Notes under the pieces: generated by a model
The model's input: the letters and a program-made list of their open reading frames with translations, nothing else
Databases searched by the model: none
What the model was told of the DNA's origin: nothing
Program-made: the position numbers and the translations under genes
Assembly (NCBI GenBank): GCA_030141605.1
Contig: JAQGDQ010000169.1
Span: forward strand, 186,001-250,000
Length of the DNA stretch: 64,000 nucleotides
Origin: Tubiluchus corallicola
Lineage: Eukaryota > Animalia > Priapulida
Direction of reading: 5' to 3'
In this document: in pieces, positions 47,801 through 60,640 of the stretch
How positions within the stretch are numbered: the stretch's first letter is position 1
How the letters are laid out: each line of letters opens with the position of its first letter

Positions 47801-50800
47801 GCAAGATTCTGCTTCATACTCATATTAATTATAAAAATCACTAAGTTGCATTATTCTGTAGGTGAATTTGATCCTCCATCTATGAATCCATATAAGAGTC
47901 TGAATTTGAGTGTTATCCAGAGTCCAGAACATCAAGCATTATCAGTGGAGGCTGCACTAAGTAGTTTTGTTTTGCTCAAAAATTTTGCCTCTTTCTTGCC
48001 ATTGAAAACTAAGTTTAAACGACTAGCTGTAAGTACTGCCACTATTAAGTTACCTTTTAGATGATTATGTAAACTCATTTTTCCCTTTAAAGTATATATA
48101 AAAAACCACTTATAATTACAAAATTTTTTTGACCCTATACCATATTCATGCATTGTATCACATATTGCATTTGCAGTATATTATATTCATCATTGTTTAT
48201 TTAACATTCAGTAATACCTGTATTGCTACTCATTGTGAACATTTTGCCTGGAAAATGAAAAATGGTCATATGGTCAGATTCATAATATACGGGTAATTCA
48301 AACTGCAAGGTCAATGATCACCATATCAATGATGGCATGACACATTTCTGAAATTAACATTTTCAAAATACATTACATATGTGTTTATTTTCTGGTGCTA
48401 GTATAATTTTCATTTGTTATGTTTTGAAGGTTATTGGCCCAATGGCAGATAATCCGCTTCAATTATTTGGTGATTATGCACCTCAGTATGATCCTCAGCA
48501 CACAACCACACCTCTCAAGGGGCTAAGTAGCTTGGCTAGTTCAGTAAAATATGCTGCTGGTTGTAACGATACACCATGTTTGAGCTACAACAAAAGTGCA
48601 ATTTATGAAGCAATTGCTCAAGCTGATTTGATCATAGTCTGCCTAGGACTTGGTAAGAATTTCTTTTACTATCTGATGTGGATTAGTGGGCTAAATTAAT
48701 GATCAGAACCAGTAGATGGAGTAGTTTCTAGATTTCCTGTCTGTTACTGGACTTGTAGTATCATAACAGTCATCAACAAACTGCAGGAATACCTTTATCA
48801 CTCTAGCCATTATACATTATATAACTGGATTTTTAGACTTTACCGGATTGTTTAAAGGAACACAATTAATGTTATTATTTTACTGTTGTACTGTAGTTCA
48901 TGATCAAACCACATTATCTCTTCTCACTTGATTTAGAATGTGCAGACATAAAATTATAGATCACATTGGTAAAAAAATTGATTTTAAAATGTTTTATTAA
49001 GTGCGCAAACCTAACCCTGCAAACATGTGTTAACAGAAATTTGCTAGAACTTAATGTCGTTTGTTTATTAAAATTGCAACTAAAGAATATGTATACCAGT
49101 TAACAATTTTACAAGCTTGTCTTTTGAAATTCTGTTGACATTTTGTAGCTACATATATGGTGCTGCATTTTTTGCAGGTCAAATGCTAGAAAGGGAAAAC
49201 CATGACAGAAAGAATTTAGATCTTCCAGGATATCAACTTCGTTTATTACAGGATGCCGTCACTTTAGGTGAGCAGGTCAGCTTTTTATCGGCCATACTTT
49301 CCTATTTTATGGTGTTCATATTTTTTTGATTAAACATTTATAATAACCACAAGATGGGTCTATTGGTTTTCTGTTGGGCACCTGTTTCGAATGTACTCAA
49401 ATTTGAAGTTGATTTCTTATTGTGTGCCTTGATTTGTGGTGCTTAGTTACCTAGCAATGCATTTCTAAGTATTGAAGTGCTTTTTGAAATATATGTGTTT
49501 ATAATAATAGAAAAGTTCCACTGTAAGAAATTTAAAGTAACATGTTTCAATAAAACACCTTGTGGCATATTCACATGAAAATTGAAAACTGTAAATCATT
49601 GAACTAATTTTTCAATTAGTGCTGTGTATTTTGTGATTTTTGTGACATCTCCAATTTTGTTTTTTGCTCTTAGTGTTCTAGTTATTCCATTGCTTACAAA
49701 AAATGTAAAAATTTGTCTAATGAATTTTTGTGAGATTTTTTTATTTTCTTGCAGGTATTGTTTTTTTCATTGTGACCCTTATTTTTGATTGTGTTTAGAC
49801 TCTGTCACATCTGACCTGATTCTTGTGTCACGTCCAAGTTCATTTCTACGTTACTTCTTTATATCGGTCACTTTGATTTTTAGCAGTCAACCATTGTTTG
49901 TCACATGCTTACAAGGTTGTTTTCATTTATGGTAGGAAAAGCACCAGTTATCCTCACATTATTTAATGCTGGACCACTTGATATTAGCTGGGCAAAACAG
50001 TCTAACAGAGTAGTAGCAATTATTGAGTGTTTCTATCCAGCACAAGCTACCGGGGAGGCCTTACGAAGGCTTCTTTTGAATGAAGGCCGTAGTGCAAATC
50101 CTGCTGCCAGACTACCAGCAACGTGGCCATCATCGATGGGACAGGTATTATTTCTCATCAGCTAAGGATAATGACACCATTATGGCAACCTTATCTTAAG
50201 TAGAGCAGCATATTGCTAAAGTTTGAAATCTGTCTTTTAGTCCCAAACACTTGTTGTGGTAGTCTATTCACCAGGCAAATGATGAAGTGGGTTAAAGTTA
50301 TTTAATAAATCACCTGAATCAACTGAACGGCCCTGTTAAAGAAGTTGGAGAACTGGCCCTAAACCAGACTAAGGTCAGCTTTACTATGTACAATGAGAAT
50401 TTTAATAATTGAGGCTATGTAAAATGAATTTTGCCCTTAAAGCTAATCAACATTTTCTTGTTACCATGGTTTAAATAGTTTCTTGTGAATTCCCAAATTA
50501 GTTTACTTGCATTTTAATTTATTACAGTGGACTTTGTTTCACCTTTTGATGTATCTAGGTTCCACCTATGGTGGATTACACAATGGATGGTAGAACATAC
50601 CGTTATTTTAAAGGAACACCTCTTTATTCATTTGGCTATGGTTTATCATATACCACATTCCATTATGATCTGCTTCAAGTAACACCACCTGTTGTACGAT
50701 CTGGCGAAGATGTACATGTTCATGTAAAAGTGTCAAACACTGGAAAATATGACGGAGAAGAGGTATAAATAATAATACCTCCTATAATAATTATTCTTAT

Positions 50801-52044
50801 AGTAAATGAAGTTTGTAGAACTATCTTTGCAGTCTATTTAAATGTTGACTAGCCCATAACTTATTTCTAACAGATTTTCTAATTCTGTATGATTAAAATT
50901 CTCAATTGAATTTCTTGACAACTTCATTATTGATGATATTTGGACTAAATTTTACATTACTTTTGGTCAAGAGAGTTTTAATTAAATTGACTTGCATTTT
51001 TTAAACATTGTGTAACACAGTTGTGCATAGGTCTATTTTAAAGTTTAGGAGTTCATGTTCATATTTCTTAGTTTTCAATGCACTCATATACAATATAAAG
51101 CATAATATTGTCGTATTAGTAGCAGCAGCATGTTTTGTGACTAACCAGTGGTCATTTTAATGATTCATTGTTTATCACATTTTTTATGTTCTCCTGTCTC
51201 GTTATTTGCATTTTAGAGCACTTGTTAAAATTTCAGTGAGTCAGTGATGAATGTAGTTAGTCTATATATTACTTAGTTGTTTTTGCCCTGTAGGTTGTTC
51301 AGGTCTACTTGTCGTGGCTGAATGCCACAGAAAAAATGCCAAATGTTCAGCTTGTTGCATTCCAGAGAGTTTTTATGAAGGCTCATTCTAGTCTTCATGA
51401 ACCTCTGCAATTAATAATTCAGCCGGAGCAGATGGCTGTATATATAGATGGAAAAGGGTTTTCTATACTGCCAGGTATGTTTCATCTTGTTACAGTAAAA
51501 TTGGGTGAATTATAGCAGATTATTTTCATGCTACAGGTATTGTTATATATCTTTATGTACAGTTTGTAACTTGCAACTTTTTGGAAATTTTATTTCTCAA
51601 AAGATGTAAAACAGATATTCTTTTTACTTTTTTGTGTTGCGAAGTTATGAAGTTAAACACAATATTTTTACACTTACTTTCGATATATGATGTTGGGAGT
51701 TTTTGTATTAGATTCTGGACTGGCAGTCCAAGGTTCCAAGTTCGAGTTTCAGTGCTTGTTGTGTTTTTTGAATTTTGCTGATATCACATCAACTTTGTGG
51801 CTGCCAATATAAATGTTAGTGCTTAACAAGAAATGGGAAATAAACTGTTGGGGTAAACAGGCTGATGACTATTGAGTAAAATTGTTAATGACATATACAG
51901 ATATATTTTTTAGATGCAAGATATAAGAAAGTGCATGTTTTTCTATTTCTAGGGGATTTTGTTGTTTATGTTGGAGGACAGCAACCATATCAGAAAACTG
52001 TTGTTCCATCAAATATTCTAAAGGGAGCATTTTCTATCAAATGA
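41815..52044 (+). CDS. Glycoside hydrolase family 3 enzyme (beta-D-xylosidase/beta-glucosidase-like) with signal peptide and C-terminal Fn3-like domain, 13 exons, ~751 aa
   Basis: Exons 41815-42170, 43985-44144, 44593-44763, 46013-46104, 46315-46487, 47371-47508, 47862-48028, 48430-48652, 49178-49267, 49936-50144, 50559-50762, 51294-51474, 51953-52044 (TGA), all in phase. Motifs: hydrophobic N-terminus, WNTECLRG, ATSFPQ, SPVINIMRHPLWGRNQETYGEDP, CKHF, VMCSYN, GFTGYVVSDEGAV (nucleophile Asp), ERENHDR, GRTYRYF..PLYSFGYGLSYT, NTGKYDGEEVVQVY. Confidence 0.95.
42572..43352. mobile_element. Non-autonomous DNA element with repetitive inverted subtermini, in GH3 intron 1
   Basis: The left arm has repeated TTTCC(C/A)AGAA-like units and the right arm has repeated TTCT(G/A)GGAAA. 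Left GTACAGTCATTTCCAAGAAA resembles the reverse complement of the right end (GTATAGGTCCGTTTCCCAGAAA). Confidence 0.6.
42810..43180. repeat. Tandem array of three ~120-bp units
   Basis: AGTATTGATTAATAGGGATAAATTG...ACTCGTTAAA...TTGTAAC...GAATCACGTT(A/G)ATCTTT starts at ~42810, ~42929 and ~43049. Confidence 0.92.
45107..45500. repeat. Direct tandem duplication, two ~197-bp copies, in GH3 intron 3
   Basis: CACGTTTTTTGATC...GTCCTCTGGCATTTAGGCTTGTGTG...GCAGATAACAAGATAACAATACAGAATG occurs at 45107-45302 and 45303-45499. Confidence 0.93.
51700..51870 (+). mobile_element. Possible degenerate tRNA-derived SINE
   Basis: TGGACTGGCAGTCCA stem followed by a B-box-like GTTCGAGT. A similar head appears on the minus strand at ~52915-52985. 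Confidence 0.35.
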
Positions 52045-53391
52045 AAAATTGTGTGTCTTTTCATTTACCAAGAACTTATACATGGTCAATATCATATGCC
52101 TCTTTTGGAAATTGGTAGCTGGCATTCCTTTTAATGTCATATACTGAAGTTAAACATTATTGTTGATTAAATATTTTCTAGTTACCTCATTATTCTGGTG
52201 GTCAGTTTAATAAGACTTACAACCGAAAATAATAAGAAATTGCAAAAGCTGCCATCAATCAAAGCAATCTGCCAGCTGTTTCAACTGTTCAGTTGCTAGT
52301 CAAGTTCATGAACTTCAGAATCATGTAATTAAATGTTTTTACCATTCTCTGTTTGCTGCTGAAAAATAATATAGGTTGTTGGTTAACTCCTTTTGTTATA
52401 ATAAAATTTATAAAAACTTTATTTTACTCTGTGTTTTAATAAAGTGCAAATAATATAGAACTACTTAAAGTGTTACATGTTTGATTTTTTGTTTCACTAA
52501 ATTTATGATGATATTGCATTGAAATTTAAAAGAATAATAAGAAAATGATTTCTAATTGTCATTTTATTATTATTATTTTGCTTTTTGGTTTTAAGGGATA
52601 TAGTACATTTGCGTAAGCAAGGCTAGGTTGTAAACAAACAAATTTTTAGCACGAATATACATGTAGATATTAAAATTTTGTGGGTGTTTTCCCAAACTAT
52701 AATGGCATAAATTCCCCACTTTAAAAGCCTGTATTGCACATGCCATATTCAGCATTCTTTTTTTTTTAATGAATTTAGAGCCTGAAATGATCCACGGGTA
52801 TTTAACTAGTTATTTATAACTAGATTTCGAAAAGAGCCCCCCGTGCACATTAATTTTATTGAATTTTAAAAACAAAAGGGTCTGAAATACAGTGCTCTAA
52901 ACATGAAAAATCAGGACTGAGCTTGGGTCTGAATTAGGCTCCTTGGACCAGTAATCCAAACGTTCCTGGTTCCACCTAAGTGGGTATGTGATCTATTGGT
53001 CTGTTCATGGTGATAAATATGTCTAAATAATTATGTTAGTGATCAAATCCAGCTCAATCACTTGTGACCTTTGCACTTTTAAATTGTAATTCGACCTGGT
53101 TTGATTTTAAAAATTCAATACAGTACATCAAATATTATTGTTGTTCATGCCATCATTAAATTTTGTATTACCACATTGATGTTTTAGTTTGTTATGTTTT
53201 CATTTCTCATTGTCTCGTATTTTGCTTTCATCGAGGCTGGAACTAGAAACAAAACTGAGCTGAATCTTCACTTCATGTTTTCAAACAGTGAGTTTTCTGT
53301 TTTTGCGTATTGCAAAATAAACAAAGACAGAGAAGCCATTATACTTGATTTTTGTCACAACTTTTTTCATAAATTAGACATTAACATAAGA

Positions 53392-56300
53392 ATGAGCAGC
53401 AAAACAAGTATACGAAAAAGCAAAATGGATTCTATAGCGAAGAATAAAAGTATAGGCATCACGAGCGAACAGACAAATAAATCGTGGTAAGTTGCATTTT
53501 TGACGATCAGCAAACACTAATTATTACACAAGTATACCTTTTTGCCTCCCGACTGATCACTAAATTCTAGGCGTTTGTAACAACCGAGACCTAGGTGCAA
53601 ACTATATGCAAGGAATTTTGCCTGAAACCTGTCCACTCTCAATGGCATCCTTGGAAAAAAAACAAAACCGACGTGTTAGGTTAGCTGAAGAGGCTGACCT
53701 TTGTACGATGTCAACTCTGGAACAACAGAGAGAGACCATTGACCTCATCAACTGTTATTAGATAATTAATGGAGCATCCATCCTCAAGGATTTTTTCATG
53801 CCCCCTAGATCCCTCCGTGGATACTCAACGCGGTCATATTCAATTTATATTACCCTAAGTCAAAATCCTGTGCAGTAGCCCCTAACTGTTTTAAGTATTT
53901 TGTCAAAGCTTACTTATGTCTATTTGTTAATTATTTTCGTTTTTTTCACTTAGTTAGTACTTTGCTGTGTGTTTGTTTGCTGAGTAAAAACTGAAGACTA
54001 AAATCATGTAATCTGACATAGTTAGAATATTTGTAAAAATATATTCTATTATAACAGTATAGTCAGTTTACAACTGCAGACTAGTCAACTTTAGATGGTA
54101 ATAATATTACAGCGTACTTCAACAGGGAACCAAAGAGTACATGGAGATTAACAGTAAAATAATAGCAAATCTTACATCACAGGTAGGAAGTAACTAAGGT
54201 GATGGAGGGGAGTGCTAGAACAATTGAAGCCATACTGCTGTCACATGGTTTTTGTTTGTTGTGTAGGCCTTTTATTTTGCCAATTGAGGCTTAAATTTAA
54301 ACTAGATATTAGTGTCACTGTTATCATAATTATTGTACTGATAATGCTATCAGTACACTGTCGGTATTTATTTATTTTACTATACGACTTTGCATCATTG
54401 GCACAAATAATTTTTAATTCCTGCAGTTGTAAGTGATGACTGTGACCAAGAGGCACAAGAAAAAAATTAAGTGAAACATTCTAACTTCAAGTATACTTAA
54501 GTCTCATATATACATATATATATATATATATAAGTATTAATGATATACCTATGTGTGCAGTAGGTGCCGATTAATAGACTCACGGTTAATAGACTCAATT
54601 GGGTAATTAACTCAAAAATGCCTGGATTGGGCCGCTTCTATTCAAATATACATAAAAACTGTCTGTAATTGACTCAAATAACTCCGATTAATTGACTCAG
54701 TATTTTTTCTTCACCTTCTTACAATAAGATGTTTGTATGTGCCCAAAGAACCTTTCCTACTTTTATGTCATCTTTACTTCCCTTTGGTGCACTATTATGT
54801 AGAAACAATCATAAACATTTAAACACTTGTGAAGCGCTCTTCTTTTGATGCTTTTGCTGCAAATCACCCTTTCAGGCTTAGTCAGTCAACAGTCAAAGAT
54901 GCAGGTAGAGTAATCAGCCGGTATTCCTTGTGACTTACAAGACTAAGCATTATACAGCAAATAAGAGCAATGTAAGTGAGCAGACGATTCAGAACTGTTT
55001 TAGTCCCGCACAACAACAAATTTTTAACGTTTTTATAATTACGAGAACTTTGTTGGCCAAGATCTTCGCTAGAAAATGAAGCAGCCAACTTTTTGTAATT
55101 TTTGCAAATAAACTTATATATATTAGTATTTTGAAATATTTTTTCTAATTTTTAACTGCATGAAAGAATTTAGGGATTAGTTCGTTTCTAAAATTCATTG
55201 AAAACTGTTTCAGTGCATAGTAGGCTGATGAGTCATACTTCTATGCCTTTAATACTACACCCATCGATTAATAGGTTCAGTCGGTTAATTGGATCAAAAC
55301 ACGTTGGTCCCAAAGTGAGTCTATTAAGTTGTGCCTACTGTATATAAGTATTAATAACTGTAATGTGATTTAACATGAAAACATTAACTAGCTTCTGATT
55401 TTCTAACATTTTGTGCAGTTAAAGCAATTGAAATTTAATGTGGGATATAATTTTACTTGTCGAACCAGTTATAACTTTTTGGCATTATATTTTGTTGTAT
55501 ATATTCATAAAGTTTCATATATTATGTTTTATAGAGTTTAAATGATGTGCAAATCACTCCTACCTGCAAACAGAGGCTCATTATACTGTTTGTACATTAA
55601 TAAACATTTATCATCTTCATCGTCATTTCACTGCAACAGCAAGGTTAATTGTGAAGTATTAGTGATACTTGTGATGTTTTTTCCATTTAGAAGTCTGAGC
55701 AAGTATGGCAAGACTGAAAAATATTGTACCTGTTATTTTTGCATGGCAGTGCTCTGACTCTGTTAGCAGTTTGGTGTTGGTCATCATGAGTTTTTTTGTA
55801 GTTGTTGAACGTATATGAATGATGATCAGATTTTTAACAGTTTTTTGCAAACTTCCTATAAATGAACTTTAATGCATTTTCAGGACACAAAGGTTTATTA
55901 GACTTGACGCTGGGCCTCAGCAGTGCTCCTGATGTCACCAATGAAACCATTGTACCGTCAAGCCACTTTGATAGAAACGAGTTTGGAAAATGTAGTTTTG
56001 TTATTGATGAAAATCTTATAAAAAGTTTGGTAAGTTTAGTACTGTAGTAGTAGGGCTATGGGTTGAATGCCGGTAGTTAGTGGGTCATTTTTGTGGTAGA
56101 GTCTTTTGACAAAATTTTTTGTCTGTCAGTCTTTTTGAATCCAGCGAAAAAAGAAAAAAGATGTTTGAAGTAAAGTCTGTAAGAGAAGAAACTTTTACCA
56201 AAATCAATCATTTGTTTGTTGGAATTTTCAGTGGGAACAGCCTGAGAATTTCAATGGCTTTATTACAACATAGCGAGTCACTTGAAATAAACGTCCTATT

Positions 56301-58818
56301 TTCTAACATGATGAACTGTGTGTTCAAAACAGAATTTTTTGGGTGGTGCCACTGTATTACAGCCTTGGTTTTTTTTTGTGTACTAACAGAAAGTGACCTC
56401 ACCCATTGTCAACCAACTCCACCCAGATTTGTCTTTATTGGCCATGCATTTCTGATGTGTCATATGTAACTTTGTTAGTTAGTAGTGATGGGCTGAGCCA
56501 ATCAGTGATCAATAGGGATGAGCATGAAACTTTCGAAGTGAATTTGAACGAGTTTTTTGTTCAGATTCAATTTGTACCTAAAATTATAGATTCGAATAAT
56601 TCAGCCCTTCAACCCCATACATTCTTTATCATCATGCAATCAGCACAGTTTATCTGTAGTTTCTGTGAACAATTTTTAAACAAATTATTATTGTTTTTAC
56701 TGCAAAACCGAATCAAGTAATATGCGGTTCTTTGTGAGGCTGCTATTTATTAGTAATTCGAAAATCTTTAAAACCGAATTTGAATCAGATTCGAAAACAA
56801 GCTGAAATTCTGCTTGATTCAAATTTACTTTATGATAGAGAATGTGCCTCTAGCGATTGCTGATGGGTGAACTAACAGTGGCGTTCGGTTGTGATCGGTG
56901 ATCAGTGGAGAATTTCTAATTGGCTCACATTAAATTATTGATTGGTTCGGTAAACTATTGAACTCAGGACGTAAAAATTGCTAAAATTTATGAGAAAATG
57001 AAGAATAAAGTATTTAAAATGTACGCCAAGTTTTGAAATGTTTAGCATATCGTTACGATAAAATTATTTACATGCAGCAACTTTACTTCATTCACTTACC
57101 TTTTCGATGAGGTACCACGTATAAAGTGCATCCACCAAAGACACACAATATTCAAATAACGTAACATAGGAATTTTTAATTATATAGTCCAGCAAAGCTT
57201 CAAAGTTGCAATGATACATTTTGTTTTGATTAATAAAATTGGATAAATGATTACAAGAAAGTATTGATGTTTCATCATTGAAGTCTTGTGGGTAGTATAT
57301 TTTGACCTGTAAAATAATTGATCAGACAACACATTTTAAAAATAATTTTTATAGCAACATTGTTTATGTAGTCTGTTTTATCCGACTTGCAGTCGATTGG
57401 TATTGGTTAATGGCAAAATCGATTTGCTCTTGATTAGCTCGTTGTACCCGAAAATGAGGATCGGCCCGTCATTGTAATAGTTAGTATTGTTGTTGATTAG
57501 TGTTTTAGAACTTGGACACAATATGCTGTCATGAATTTGCAATACTTTAGGGTACTGATGCAAAAAGCAATAGTTATATTGCAGAGCAGATACACTTTCA
57601 ACTACGTTTGACGAATTCGCTAAGTGTGCATTGGGATACTCTTGTGTGTGGGAAAATTATGTATGTCATGATACCTGCTGGAGTTCTGCCTGATGGCTCA
57701 AAAGAAAGGTACTACAAAGTACAAAACTCCTTGAGCACGTCATATTTGTTTAATTTAGCATTTAGACAGTGCAATGAACTGTTTGTTTCAAATGCAGCAA
57801 AGAATATTTTTCTTTAACTAACCTGCAATGTTTGAATAGATGGTTGATACAATATCTTCAGTTGACATGTATTTTAGTATTTATTTCTATCTTAGTTGTG
57901 GTTCAGTCATTATATTTTCTGTTTTTATTGCTATACTAGCTTTGTGAGTTTGCTGGAATATGCTGAAGAAGTTATGGAATGCTCACAAGTTATCATTTGT
58001 CTGGATAAGAACAGGAAAGACAGGGGTAAATAAACATCATTTAAAAATGCCTAGTATTTTTCTATAGTAATTTACTATTCAACTTCTGTTGGTGGTATAA
58101 ATAAAATGTACAGGTGAATTTCCTTAGTTTCATTTTCATGGCACAAATATATTGCATACAATCTTTTACATGTATAAATTGTATCATATTATTTCTAGAG
58201 TACCAGCTATTTTTAAATAATTCTTGATAACCATGCATGTAGAATCTCCGAGCAAGTAGTATGTCCTTCTCTTACGAGTTAAGAATAAGACTATTAGTCC
58301 TGCACTTTGAAGTCTTTGCAGTTATATACAGTGAAACTGGTGGAAATTGTAATGTAATGGTGTATACATTATACTAGCAGTGCTCAGTGAGTTGTAACCC
58401 AAAGTTTGTCCTTTTTTTGTTAAAACAAACCTGGCAAAAAGCTGAAAATTTCAAAATTTTCTAAGACGCTTGTAAAAAGTGACAAACTCGATTGAAATTG
58501 TGCATCTTATTGATTATGCTTAGGTCTATATTCTCTGTACAATGTTAATACTGGTTTGTAATGCGAATTAATAAAATACGGAATTGGAGTGCTACATTCG
58601 AATATAAATTCCAAGTAGAACATTCCAGCGAATCATCATGAATATGATACATATTCATATTAAAATTTAAAGCAACTAAAGTGGATTTATTTTTAGCTGC
58701 TCTGGTGAGAATGTTCATGTTTTTGGGATTCACAAGCTTGCCTCCTTCAGCAGTTACTCCACAGAATAGTGCGCCTCAGTCTGCTGATTTGCTATACCTA
58801 TTGTATAGTATCGACTAG
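53392..58818 (+). CDS. OAZ: Ornithine decarboxylase antizyme, decoded by +1 programmed ribosomal frameshifting (~201 aa)
   Basis: ORF1 is 53392-53486 + 55884-55932 (MSSKTSIRKSKMDSIAKNKSIGITSEQTNKSWTQRFIRLDAGPQQCS-stop, 47 aa). ORF2 is in the +1 frame: 55931-56029, 57551-57708, 57940-58025, 58697-58818 (TAG). ORF2 has the antizyme signature LPDGSKESFVSLLEYAEE....VIICLDKNRKDRAALVRMFMFLGF. The ORF1 start codon is uncertain; in-frame ATGs also exist upstream and downstream of 53392. Confidence 0.93.
53600..53900 (+). mobile_element. Degenerate CR1-like LINE fragment in antizyme intron 1
   Basis: Translates as ..TLEQQRETIDLINCY*IING..KDFF, the LE.RR...DL...YKI.NG motif of CR1-type ORF2 C-termini, with an in-frame stop. 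Confidence 0.55.
54558..55340. mobile_element. pogo/Tigger-like (Tc1-mariner superfamily) non-autonomous element in antizyme intron 1
   Basis: TIRs: left CAGTAGGTGCCGATTAATAGACTCAC; right (reverse complement) CAGTAGGCACAACTTAATAGACTCAC. TA flanks the right end, and TTAAT(A/T)GACTCA is repeated subterminally. Confidence 0.8.
55909..55935 (+). promoter_or_regulatory. Antizyme +1 frameshift site GCU GGG CCU CAG CAG UGC UCC UGA U
   Basis: TCC at 55927-55929 and TGA at 55930-55932, followed by T. This matches the metazoan antizyme shift site (..GGG CCU nnG UGG UGC UCC UGA U) except CAG in place of UGG. Confidence 0.92.
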
Positions 58819-60179
58819 TTGCTATTGCTGTGATTTGTAGGAACTTGTGCATCATTTTAATAATTGCTATGTAAACTGTTACGTTATATATTTTGAGTCT
58901 TTGTTAAATAAGTTATTGAATGAAAAGTCAAAGTGTATGATACTGTGTATATAATTTTCTGCACACCGAGTTCTTTTAACAGTTGCATCTAAATTTAAGT
59001 ACTTTGTTTAGAAACTTAAATATATCGAATATGGATTTGTTAACTTTTTTGTCAAGTCAGCTCTGTCGCTGACCTTTATTTTAATTCTGAACATTTCGAA
59101 TTTCCTTTTTTCCTTTGCTATTAATTAGAGCTTGTGATTAAGATTACCAAATGAATTAAACTACTGTGAAACTGGATTGGCATTTGTAATGCTTTTCTTG
59201 TTTAGTTTGCTGTAGATATATTTTATAATGCTTTATGAGTTGTAACTTTGAATGTGTAATAAGTGTGGAATACTTGAAAACTACATTTTGTAAATTTATG
59301 AAGGAATGATATCTCTTATCTTAAATAATTATCTTTTATTGTGAATGCTACTTGTGTGTTAATACTTGTTTATCTATATAGCAAAATTGTTAGACTCATT
59401 TGGAAAAACTTTGTTCCTATTTAACATTTCCCATGCACTAACTGTGCTGATATTTTCATATTTAGCATTTGGAAGATAATATTTAGTTGTAACCTAAAGG
59501 TATGTTGCAGATTTTGATGATTTATTAAGAAACTGCTATTCTTAAACATGATTGTATAAACTGATTTTTTTATGTACATGTATATGTTTATTTGTGGCTA
59601 CTGACTGATTTTTAAGCTTTTATTTAAGGTTTCTAAATTGTTTAATTTGCATTCCATTTTCAGTTGCATGATTTATTAAAAGTTCCCTATTTCTGTCTAT
59701 TAAGACAAGATCATTTTTATGCTTTAGGTGCTAAATTCTTTTGTGTTACAGCGTATGATCTGTTTCACTTTTTTTATAACTTGCTTAGGAATTGAAGTGA
59801 AAATTGTTAGTTCCTCTTCTCTTTATTATGTTTTGGCTAACTATAATTTTGATTACAATACAAATATGTCATTCAAGTTCAATAATAAAAATTTACAATT
59901 TTTGATTACCTAATAACATGTAAGTTGTATTATATTTTAGTGTAACTGCTTTTTTAAAACAGTTTGACATTTTACAGGCCTGGGTCCCATGTGGTAGCAT
60001 CACTAGCTCATCCAAAGTGACACTGAAGTCTCAATTTCACTGAAATGAATGCAGTTAAATAAACTTGGCAAATTCTTTAAAATTCTCGCTATTACTGGTA
60101 AAGTTCAAGTTAAAAAAAATTAGTAATAGATGACATTGACCTAAAGTGTAATTCCTAAGTAACCAAGCATGGCAAACTC

Positions 60180-60640
60180 GATTACATTAATTCACGATGC
60201 TACATGATTCACAATGCTACATTACGCAGATGTGGTGTGGGACCCATCAAGGCAAAACTCTTTGCACAGTAGAGAAAATTCAACGAAGAATGAGCAGGTT
60301 GATTCCAGGAATGAGTAACCTAACTTATTTTCAAAGGCTTCAAGAAATTGGTCTAGCCGCACTTAAGAATAGGTGCATGAGACAGGATAAGATACAAACT
60401 TTTAGAATTCTACGTGGTATTGACAAAACACGGATGATTATCTTACAAGATTATGTCAACAACAGACAAGAGGTCATTCATACAAATTACTCAAGCATCA
60501 TATCCAGGCCAGTTGGTCAAAACGTCAGCATGTATATTCCTAAGTAAGCGGGGTTGTCAGGTTCATTCAGGGTTGTCAATCCATTGAACAGGCTTCCAGC
60601 AAATGTAGTTGAGGCAACAAACATTGAGTAATTTGATTAA
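60180..60640 (+). mobile_element. Degenerate CR1-like LINE ORF2 C-terminal fragment
   Basis: VEKIQRRMSRLIPGMSNLTYFQRLQEIGL..LKNR..RQD.IQTFRILRG, followed after frameshifts by RVVNPLNRLPANVVEA. Confidence 0.8.

Noticed and set aside
55747-55758. GCAGTGCTCTGA, resembling a second antizyme shift site
   Set aside because: Only a 9-nt match, lacking UCC-UGA, intronic, and with no supportable exon.
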